Shown in pieces: positions 48,525 through 64,000 of a stretch of 64,000 bases of DNA. The notes beneath the pieces are model-generated. The model was given only the letters and a program-made list of their open reading frames with translations. It was not told the DNA's origin and did no database searches. The translations under genes and the position numbers were made by a program. The first letter of the stretch is position 1. Each line of letters opens with the position of its first letter. This DNA comes from the human T2T-CHM13v2.0 reference genome, Homo sapiens. The DNA is taken from the NCBI RefSeq assembly GCF_009914755.1, contig NC_060927.1; one strand, written 5' to 3'.

Positions 48525-49723
48525 GAGAAGAAAATTTATTGAAGGTCAATTGTTGACAAGTCATTAGGCACTTACTCCCCTCAAAACAACCCCATGAGAT
48601 AATTTCTCCCTTATATAAATGAGGAAGTTGAGCCTTAGAAATGTTAAGTAACTTATCCAAAGCTACATAGCTAGAAAGTGAAGCAGGTAGGTTGTCAGTT
48701 TAGACTGCATTCTACCAAGCTTTAATACAGGGATGAGTAGTAGCCACTTTGGCATGGCCACAGGGGAATCCAGAAAAAAGAATGAATCTGGAAACCTTAT
48801 TTTTGAATTGCCTTTTTCCCACTAGAAAACCTGAGATACCCAGCACCTGCCTAGTGTATGGTCTGTTAAGCCTATGATCTAGGTACTGTATGGCTGGGTC
48901 CCAAGCCCTGCCTCCTTAAACCTAGTTCCTAGAATGTATGATTAGAGGGGGAGTCCTTTCCTGCCACTCTGTATAACTAGTTGTGACTAGTTTCATGGCC
49001 TGTATTACTGTTGTTTTTTGTTACTTGGTGATTGCATATAGGATGTAAATATTTTCTTGGAAGTTGAAAAAATAAATTAGGTGAGACTATATCTACTTGA
49101 ACTCTTCCTACAGATCTATAGCTCTCATCACCTTCTATCCGGATCAACCTTGTGGTTTGAGTTTTAACAACCTGGCCTGGAAACAGAATGTTTTGTGTTT
49201 CAAGGAGAGATTATTGGAGAAAATGTTCAGAAGAATCCAGGTATTCATGAGCTTGAGTTTGCGTGTGGTAGAAATGTCTGCCTCCCACATTCAATCCACG
49301 CCACCTTGGATTGTCCCCACCTTCATCATGCAGGGCAGTTTGAAATCAGAGGAGATTGCGAAATTGGAGATTTCAAAGGGACCTTGAGCTCCTCTCGTAT
49401 AGATGCCTCACAGATAAGACAGGGGCCAAGAGACAAGGACACTTTGTGAGTTTCTGGAAACCCAGCTGAGTCTTGATCTGAAGCCTCTCCTGTTTCCCAT
49501 ATGTTGCAACTTTGTGTTTCTCTTTTCTCAATTAAATTCAATTTTCAAATAGGCATAGACTGCGTAATCCATCTACATGGTTCAAAAGTATGAAAAGCTG
49601 CGCACAGAAATCTTGCTCTCCCCCGCCTTCCTGCCATTAACCCTACCACTGACACATGACAATTTTAGGGTTCTTATTTCTCTTTCTTTGGATAAACAAA
49701 GGATACTGTTTATCCTTTAGGCC

Positions 49724-49945
49724 CGGATTTCTCAACCTGGGCACTGTTGACATTTTGGGCTGGATAATTCTCTGCTGCAGGGGACTGTTGTGTGCATTGT
49801 GGGATGCTTAGCAGCATTCCTGACCTCTACCTACTAGATGCCAGTAGTAGCAACCCACTGACCTGAGTCATGGTGATCAAAAATGTCTCCAGATGTTGCC
49901 AAATGCTCTGTGAAGGGCAAAATCACCTGTAGTTGAAAACCACTG
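49724..49945. mobile_element. MER20 hAT-Charlie element
   Basis: TTTCTCAACCTGGGCACTGTTGACATTTTGGGC...AAATGTCTCCAGATGTTGCCAAATG...GTTGAAAACCACTG. Confidence 0.85.
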
Positions 49946-50037
49946 CTTTATGCAAATAGAGGCAAATGCGAACGTGCATTTTGATTTTCACCCTTTTCCT
50001 TGAGCAATCTATACACATAGCTTCTCTTCCTGACATG

Positions 50038-50154
50038 CATATATCCTGATAGACATATATCCATATCCTAATAGATAGATACATATCCATGTCCTGATAG
50101 ACGTCTATCCATATCCTGATACATGTGTCCCAGAATATATGATGTGTGTATATA

Positions 50155-50187
<33 letters not shown>
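50038..50187. repeat. Minisatellite of about 22 bp (CATATCCTGATAGACATATATC, about 4 copies) followed by (TG)/(TA)n
   Basis: Direct inspection. Confidence 0.8.
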
Positions 50188-50314
50188 TTAACTTTTACAT
50201 GTATAGATATCCTAGAGATCTCTGAATCAGTGGAGGCTGCCCTCACTTTGGCGGCTATGTAGCAGTCCATGGTGTGGAGGTGCCATCATTGATTGAACTT
50301 GTCCACTGTGGTTA

Positions 50315-51086
<772 letters not shown>

Positions 51087-51861
51087 TCATTTTGGTGGCC
51101 ACCTCCAGATTTCTCCTCCATGAGAGTCGTGCCCTTTGGTACTCTTATCAGCAGTGACTTGAGAGGCCAGTTTCTCCACAGCCTCACCAACAGGATTGTG
51201 AAACGTTTGAATTCTTGCCTATCCCATAGGTGAGAAGTGCCTCATGTTTCTTAACCTGAGTAACATTGATCCAGCCTTACATATCGTGAACAAGGAGCTA
51301 AGTGAACTCAGCCTAGTCTGCTTTTCCCTGAATGGCAAGTGTCCTGTGCACATCTGTGTCCAGGTCTTTGTGCTTGCTGTCCCTCTGTCAGGAATGCTCT
51401 TCCATTTCACTTTAGACATTTTCACATCCTGTGAGGCTTCCAGATGCCTTCTTCTCTATGAAACGTTTTCCGATTATGCTTTACGCTGCATTTTTGTCCT
51501 TCTCCACGTTCCCTCTGGCTTAGTGCTGCTGCCTTGTGTGGCTGCCAGTCACATAGCTGTTGCCCAGAGCCAGGTGGGAGTCTGCAGTCAGGCAGGTCTG
51601 GTTTTGAATTCCAGCCTTACCACTTACTATCTCTGGATCCTTGGTCAAATTTCTTCTTGGAGCCTCAGTTTTCTCATCTATAAAATGGGAATGATACTTC
51701 TCTAGGAGAAGCCACATAAAGTATGCGGCAGCAGATAGGCATTTAATAAACATCAGCTCCTCGAGGGCAGATCCGTCTTCTTGTTTTCTGCCCTGCCTTC
51801 CATGTGCCCTTGCATGCAGTGAATAAAGATATTGTGTCTATTCTTTAAAACACAAAACTGT

Positions 51862-52572
<711 letters not shown>

Positions 52573-52789
52573 CAAAACAGCGGAAAGAGAAAATCCCTGT
52601 CTTTGTGGAGCTTGCATTCAATTAGGGTGATAGACACCCAATGAATAGAAGTAAATGATTCAGTAGTAAGCATAGATCCAACTATTGTATATCATTTTGT
52701 TAAGTTGAGGAACTGTAAGTTCCTTGGGGGCAGGAAGGATGACTGCCCTTCATGGAACCTCTTCAGAGCCTAGTATGATGGAGGAAACC

Positions 52790-53540
<751 letters not shown>

Positions 53541-53973
53541 ATACATGTTCTGACTTGGCTCTCCTCACTGGGGCCAGCCCAGTCGGAACCTGTTTTCCTT
53601 TGTAGGAATCTTGTTTCCCTTTGCCACTCCCTTGAGGCAAGCAACAGGTCCTGCTTCTGGTCCATCACAGGTCTGATGACCCTGGAATGATCACTTACCA
53701 TTCTGGGGCATTTATTAAATGACCCACTGGGGCTGCAGGATTGCTTAAGTGCAAGAGCTCTGTTGATGTATTCCACAGGAATGGCACCCCTTAGGGTTGT
53801 GTAATGTGCCCATGTTGCATTAGATGTTCCATCCAGATCTGAGGTTCCATGGGTGGGGGCCTCCTGCCTCTCTCACCCAGGTTTTCCTCGGGAAGAGCAG
53901 TGCCTAATTAAAACCACAAAGGGAAAAACCAGGGCGGCAGACTGTGTGTTATTGTGGCTGATGATGCTTGACA

Positions 53974-53992
53974 TGGCCAGTAGAGGGCAGCA
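53974..53992 (+). promoter_or_regulatory. Candidate CTCF binding site
   Basis: TGGCCAGTAGAGGGCAGCA closely matches the CTCF core TGGCCACYAGRGGGCRSY. Confidence 0.55.
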
Positions 53993-54259
53993 GAGCCGTC
54001 CACCATGACCTCCACATTTTCGTTATTGTAAATAAGGGATCCTGAGGATGCCTTCTCCACTCCCTCCCCGTGTGTTTGCTCTCATAGGATGGTTGTTTTT
54101 CTGGAAGGTTTGTGGTCTAGCCATTGAACAGAGAGAAAAACATCCCCTTAGGATGTGTTGATGCAAAAAGATGATTTTAGAAAAATTGCCCTCTGGGTTC
54201 AAAGAAAGATTACATCATTTCCTCACCTTGAATGTACACAGTCTAGGGATATCTAAACT

Positions 54260-56174
<1,915 letters not shown>

Positions 56175-56569
56175 CTCAGATTGCTGCTTCAAATCCCTCT
56201 TGGGATCACACCTCAAAGAGTCCTGACGTATTTTCATAGAAAACAGCCCATGGGCCTAGAGCCTGTATTATCATACAGTGTAAGGTGAGAAAATTTCAAG
56301 GCACGATTTCCAAATGTTAATTTTTCTTCCTTCTACTCCTTCCTTTTGGAGAAGAATTTAAAAGGGACCATTGGTTTGAATCAATGAAAATATTGGCTTA
56401 GGTTACTCTGTATTTTGTAAACTTGTTGAAGTACTTGGTTTAACCATTGAAATGCCAAGATTCTATTTAGCTCAACTGTCTCTACACCAGAGATCAACTT
56501 TCCTTTTATAGGAGTCATTGATTCAAGAGGAAAATATAATCTGGTATTAGGTCATTTTTAAGAAAAATA

Positions 56570-56772
56570 ATTTTTTAATTTTTGTGGCTACATAGTAGGT
56601 GCTTATGTACCTGGGGTACATGAGATGTTTTGATGCAGGCATGCAGTGCGTAATAATCACATCTTGGAAAATGAGGTATCTATTCCCTCATGCATTTATC
56701 CTTTGAGTTACAAATGATTCAGTTATACTCTTCTTTATTTTTAAATTTATAATTAAATTATCATTGACGGTA
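56570..56772 (-). mobile_element. L1MA-like 3' end
   Basis: TACATAGTAGGTG...GGGGTACATGAGATGTTTTGAT. Confidence 0.75.
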
Positions 56773-56899
56773 GTCTTCAAGAAAAATGTACTTGAAACTT
56801 AGAAAAAAGTTCAGGAAGATGACTGAGTGCCCTTTTAATATCCTACTAGAACATTGTCTGACAAACCCAGCAAAGATCATCTAATAATCTAGGGGAAAA

Positions 56900-58135
<1,236 letters not shown>

Positions 58136-59140
58136 GCTGAGATTAATAAATTGCAAATGATTTTTGTCCAGTTAAGATGGGAAGGATTTCTTATGGCAGA
58201 AAAGGAGCATCAGGGGTACTGCTATATGCCAGGTAGGACATTAACCCGGTTTGTTTCTAAGTTTCCAGCCTTATCCCGGCATTCATCTTTCCACAGATTT
58301 TTTGCCCTACTTAGGTTTCTGTGCCATCCACCTTTGAGCCAGCTTTGTCATTCTGCTTAAGTTGACAAACTCATCAAGTTACAGAATCTTTAGCATATGC
58401 ATACTCTATATGAGTCAAGAGCTGACCTTTTCAAAAAAAAATTATACTTTGACAGCCGTATATATATATATATAAAGCAACATAAGACATTTTAAATAAC
58501 AATATATAAATTTCTATCCTGTTGTTTTTAAAACTAGAAACAGGGCAATTAAATAATCATTCAATATATGGGCAAAAGGATTCCACCTTATCTTTCCCTC
58601 CTGCCAGTGGTGCAGAAAGTGGTCAAGGGAGAGTGGTGGATGAAGAGGGATAGGGGAGACACAGCCCTTGGGAGGGGTCCTCTGTCTACCTGGACTTGAT
58701 CAAGCTGCAGTATGACTCATCCCGGCATCGGTGACATTGCACTGGGGATTCCTGAAATCTCATACAGTTTTCCATGAATGATTTTGGTTTCCATCCAGCA
58801 GTTCTTATCATTGATATGAAACAAAAAAAAAAAAAGAAAGAAAAATAGTATTTTTCAGAGGGCATTGGTGTGAAAAGGCAGGTGATGTCAGAGAACATTG
58901 GACTGAGTGTCAAGAGGTTTCCATTTCGAGTCTGGCTAACCAGCCATGTGACATTGGGTAAATCACAGTACTTTTGTTTTTGCATATGTCAAATGAAAAG
59001 CTTGAATTCATAGTCATTAATATTCTTTCTGGTGCTAAAATTTTTGCAACAAAAATAGAATAGACCCAAATTCCTTTCGGTGGAATTAAGAGTGATCACT
59101 GATTGCTGACTTTTTTTTTTTTCTTAATAAGAATAGCATA

Positions 59141-59400
59141 GGCCAGACATGGTGGCTCATGCCTGTAATCCCAACGCTTTGGGGGGCCAAGGCAGGAGAC
59201 CAACATGGGCAATTCCTGTCTCTACAAAAAAAAAAAAATTTAATTAGCTGAAATGTGGCACGTGTCATAACTACTTGGAGGTGGGGGCTAAGGTGGGAGG
59301 ACTGCTTGAGCCCAGGAATTGGAGATGCCGTGAGCTATGATTGCACCACTGCACTCTAGCCTGGGTGACAAAGACCTTGTCTCAGAAACAAAACAAAATA
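59141..59400 (+). mobile_element. AluJ-like with deletions
   Basis: Diverged Alu. Confidence 0.85.
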
Positions 59401-60719
59401 CCCCCACAAAATAACTACCTTGAAGTTAATTCTTTATTGGAACAAGTAGCACAGCATTGGATAGAAAAGTACAAAATGCAATTTTCTGCCTCTGTATGCT
59501 GTTCAGTTTATGGTTGTTCCCGACATCTTAGGTCACTTTCCAGTTCAAAGTTAGTTTTAAGTCTGAGAGCAAAGATTTCCTTGCCTAAGGGAGGATTAGA
59601 TGAAACAAGGCTCCCAAAAGGCGATTGGCCCCCTGACAAAGCTGGAACAGTGGTGAGACAGATGGAAGTAGAAGAGAAGGAATCAGAGGCCCTTTTGAAT
59701 TTAGAAGTGGACTTGTGAGTGCTAGGATTTCCCTGGGTTTTTCAAGCCCAGAGAAGAAATTGGAGCAAATTTCACAAGGCATGGGTTTTTCACCTATTTG
59801 AGGAGGTGAGGGATCTGTTGAGAAAAGAAGAAAGCTAAGGTCCCTCTCCTTGGAAACCTGTGCGCACACACACGAAGTGTATGAAGTACCTGTGCGCATA
59901 CACACCAAGTACCTGAAGTCTGTAACTTCAGGATCTTTTAAGACCCGTGGCATGAAGAGATTGGCTGAATTTGAACAAAGGAACCCTGGGGCATTAGATG
60001 TAGAACTTTGTTGTCTTTGGAGAGAGACCTGGTCTCACACTTAAATACCCAGGTGGCCCCATTTTGTTTTATTAAACCAATTTCGTCTCTTTGACCCCCA
60101 GCTCTTACAATCACATGCCCGATTGCACAGCTTTCTCCCTTCCAGCAAATCCTTTTTGATCACTATTACATAAACTCTAAATTGAGTGTCCAAATTGCAG
60201 GCGTCTAGGATCCAAAACAAATGTAGGTTGCAAATAAGTAAGGTTTTTAAAAAAGATCTTTGTCTTCTTAAGTTGCTGATAGTTACTGCTTGCTGGGAAC
60301 TGTAGGCCTTTCCTGGCAAGATTTCTCAACATTCTCTTGAGAGCAGTTGTGTTAACAAGTTATGAAGATTACTTTAATGCTTTGCTTGGAATTCATTTCG
60401 TATCTGCATAAATCTTCAAGGCCATTATCATATCAGTGAGATATTTCTAGTATTTTTGAGAACTCTGATGCATCAAAATGTCTGAGTTCAGCTCGTTCTT
60501 AATGTGGTGACAGGGTCAAATGTGTTGGTTTAGATTCAGGTGTTTCGTTTTTGTTTTTATCTTATGCCTCCAAACACTTAAAAGTAAATTGGGTCGCTTA
60601 TCTTCAAATTTGAGGCAGGAAATACTGTTTGGTTCTCATACTTTCTTCCCGTATGTTTCATTTCTGAAACATTCTGGCTTGTTTACACATTGATGGTAAC
60701 CGAGCTTCCCCCCTCCCCC

Positions 60720-61350
60720 TCCCAACTGTAATTTTGAAAAATTTCAAATCTGCAGGAAAGTAGAACAATATAGACTCCTTCGCTTAAATTTTGTAGACTC
60801 CTCACTTACATTTGCCAGCTCACATTTTTTTACATCTGGTTTCTCTCGCTGTGTGAATGTGTGTGATCTTATTTTTGTTGTGGTTGTTGTTAAACCACTG
60901 GGAAGTTGCAGGCCTGACATTTATTCCCTAGGTATTTCAGTATGTATTTACCAAAAATCATTAAATAACTATTAAATTATTTAAATTAATTGTAATACCT
61001 TCATCACACTCAAGGAATTTAGCATCAATTCACTAATATGTGATGCAGTCCATATTCAAATTTTCTACTTTGTCCCAAGAATGTCCTTTACTTCAGCCTT
61101 TTGTTTGAGGATCCAGTCAAGGATCGACAGATTTCTTTTAGTTGCCATGTTTCTTTAGTCACCTTTAATCTAGAAAAATCCTCAGCCTGTTAGACCATTT
61201 GGGTAAGAATACAGCCCAGGTGGTGCTGGCATGTATCTGGTTGTGATCGCATGATAATTGGTTGTACCAAAATCAGTGTTGCTAAGTTTGGTCACTTAGT
61301 TACAGTAGCATCTGCCAGGTCTTATAAAAGGGACCCTATTCTCATGTAAA
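60720..61350 (-). mobile_element. L1MC-like 3'UTR
   Basis: GTCCATATTCAAATTTT, GGATCCAGTCAAGGATC and TTTAATCTAGAA motifs. Confidence 0.65.
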
Positions 61351-62260
61351 AGTTTGGGTGTTGGCAGGGGGCTGAAAATGGGTGTCCTATTCTGAGACAA
61401 GGAGAATGAATTTTCCCCCAACAGCCTTGGCCTCTCTGATTGTAACATCCACTGATGTTCTTCTCAGCTGTACTTTGATTTGTTGTTGGAGATGGCATGG
61501 GGGAAAGGAAAAGTATAAAGGAAATGTATTCCAGCAGATCTTTGTAGAATCAATTCCATTGCTCCTTTATTTGTATAGTTACAAGAAATGAATGATGTGA
61601 GTGCTCTGTATTTTCTAGATTGTCATACTCAATCTATATGAACAAAAGAAGCTTAGTTTACTTCTGTCTCTCCATAGAGAAACCTCCAAGGCAAATATTT
61701 GTCTGGAGTTAGTAGCCTGCAATGATTACCGAAGGTCCAGATGAGGTTATTAAAATGCCTGGTGTTTGCCCTGGTGGCACACACAAGATAAATGAGGCAG
61801 AATTCTTTCAGCTTGGTTACATGTTGGTTTTTCATGTTCCAGTTAATAGTACAGAGTAGGAACATCTGCTTTAGCAGGTCCAGCTAGATAAACAGCTTCT
61901 GCAGTATAACAGAAATCAGCAGCCTATGCCATTGACTTAAGGAGACAGATTTAAACTTTGTAAATAAAAGGTTTGACTAAAGCTTATGAGGAGGAATATT
62001 TCTGCATAGATGAGAAAGCTCAAGTGAATTTTGTATTTAATCTTTCCCCATAGGGTAGTGAACTAAAACATTAGTTTTGGGCTAGTGGCTGAGAACCATC
62101 TCTTTAAGACAGAAATATTTTGGCAATCTAAATCTCCCTTGGGCGGCATTAGGTAGAGAGTGATGTAATTCCTAATCTCAAACATTTTTGTTTCAAACAT
62201 ATTAAATGTTTCTACAAAGCCATCTTCGAGTTGTGGCTTTATGGACTCAAGCGGCTAAGG

Positions 62261-62524
62261 CAGTGGTTCTCAGTCAGGGTGCAGTTTTTTTCCCTAGGGA
62301 ACATTTGGTAATGACTGGAGGCTTTTTTTTTTTTTTTTTCAGACGGAGTCTCGCTCTGTCACCCAGGCTGGAGTGCAGTGGCGTGATCTCTGCTCACTGC
62401 AAGCTCAGCCTCCCGGGTTCACGCCATTCTCCTGCGACTGGAGACATTTTTGATTGTCACAACTAGGAGGGTGGTATTGGCATCAGGTACAAAATGTCAC
62501 TGATGGCAAGGTTGGAAAAACTGC
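62261..62524. mobile_element. MER20 containing a 5'-truncated antisense AluY (62323-62435)
   Basis: CAGTGGTTCTC...ACATTTGGTAATGACTGGAG; TSD GACTGGAG.C.TTTT at 62313 and 62436. Confidence 0.85.
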
Positions 62525-63109
62525 TTTACAGGATAGAAAGTTATTTTACTGACAAATATGTGCAGTGTATGAGATACTGGGTGTTCCAAGAAAATGAAGT
62601 CCTGGACCCTGCCTTCAAAGCTGGTTATATCACAGCTGTTGACAATCACAAAACTATGGTAAATACACTTTCTTATTCATCTACGAGCCTTAATGATCTG
62701 AGAGGAGATGGCACAGCAGGCTATAAGTAGGAGCCCCATTTGGGCTGGGACTTACCAGATGAGTAGGCATTAGTAAGTGTGGAGGGTTGAGAAATCCCAC
62801 TCTTCAGTTCATACAGCATCATCATTGTTCCATGGAGGCCTCTTATTGTTTCCTCATTTGTGCCTCCTTTCCTCCATGCCACTGGCAACCATATTCGTGG
62901 GTTAAATATAACAGAAATCTTTAATTTTGCATGTTTTTAAAAAATAAAATGTGTATTGACTGTAGATAACTTATGTAGATGGAATTGTGTTAAGATATCT
63001 CATTCAGTTCTTTTCCAGTTAACCCTATGCTATTAAAATCAATTCATGTTGCTATGGATCCATCTATTCTGTTGCTTTGAATTGCTTTCCTGGTACTCCT
63101 TGGAGTGTG

Positions 63110-63580
63110 TAGCAGTTAGTATGCTTTGTGATGAACCATCCCAAACTTAGTGACTTAAAACAATGGTCACTCCTTTTTCGTGAGTCTGTGGGGTTGGTTG
63201 AGTGGTTTGGCTGATTTGTGTCTGGGTCTGCTGATCTCAGCTGGTGTCACTCATTCATCTGTGATCTGCTGGAGACTGCATGATTTAAGAGGTCCATGGC
63301 ACATTGTTGTCATCCTTCATCAGTTTGGCCTAAACTTGGTCACCTGATGGCAAGGCCAGGAATCCAAGGGAGGAGAATTGTGCAAGGCCTATACTTGGAA
63401 CTTGACCACAGTCATTTCTGCCGTATTCTGTTGGCTAAACCAAGGCACGAGTCCAATCCACAAATCCAGTCTGGATTCAAAGTGTGGGGAAATAGACTCC
63501 ACCACTTGATGGGAGGAACTGAAAAGCGACATTGCAAAGGGATGGTTATAGGGAGTTTAATTAGAGCCATTGATTAGTCA
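63110..63580 (-). mobile_element. MLT1-family LTR fossil
   Basis: CCAAACTTAGTGACTTAAAACAA...AAATAGACTCCACCACTTGATGGGAGG. Confidence 0.7.
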
Positions 63581-64000
63581 GAGTATGCATCCACCACCTT
63601 TTGCCTATTCACTCTTCCAGTGATGGAAGCCAAAGTTGATTCCAACTCTGGAAGCTGTGATAAATATCTTTGTACATGTCACCTTGTGGAGCTGTTTGAT
63701 AATTTGGAAGCTATATTCTCAGGAGTAAGATTGCTGAGGCAAATGGTTACATCTACCTGGAATGTCTATAGGAACAGCAGAAGATGAGACTGGATACTTC
63801 CTTGTTGAGAAGTTGGGATTTGGTGCTAAGGTTTAGTGGGCAACCTTGAGTTTTAGGTAAGGTTAATGCATTTAGACTCATGTTTTAGAGGGATTATCTT
63901 GGCAATAGTGTGAGGGTTGGAAGAGACGGGTACTACATTAGGTCCTTGGGTGCCTCATTGGAAGCTGACTTAGGCCAGCTGAGAATCTGAATTAAGGTCA

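Overview
This is hominid (human or great-ape) genomic DNA, very rich in repeats, and probably inside one large intron transcribed on +. That orientation is inferred from most old L1M fragments and most Alus lying on -. I can support no intact protein-coding exon, RNA gene or CRISPR array. Most of the short ORFs in the track are translations of Alu, L1 or other repeats, or chance frames. Main contents: about 47 Alu-family elements, a KRT18 processed pseudogene (15960-17379), a near-full-length dead L1PA (about L1PA5, 20073-25686), two 5'-truncated young L1s, solo LTRs, DNA-transposon fossils, and L1M/L2/MIR remnants. I found no new gene system. The notable signal is a dense record of unusual insertion and repair mechanisms, with junctions readable in the sequence: (1) the long L1 integrated from a spliced RNA (SpIRE97/622 type); (2) an L1 carries a 3' transduction, and its source and target sites appear to be homologous positions of one ancient repeat; (3) a young L1 has a 35-bp twin-priming inversion taken from about 2.8 kb upstream; (4) two locally templated insertions, one two-donor and one inverted, sit inside old L1M elements; (5) a scrambled micro-Alu has a perfect TSD; (6) single L1-endonuclease target sites were reused repeatedly. 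Repeat subfamily names come from my recall of consensus sequences and should be confirmed with RepeatMasker/Dfam.
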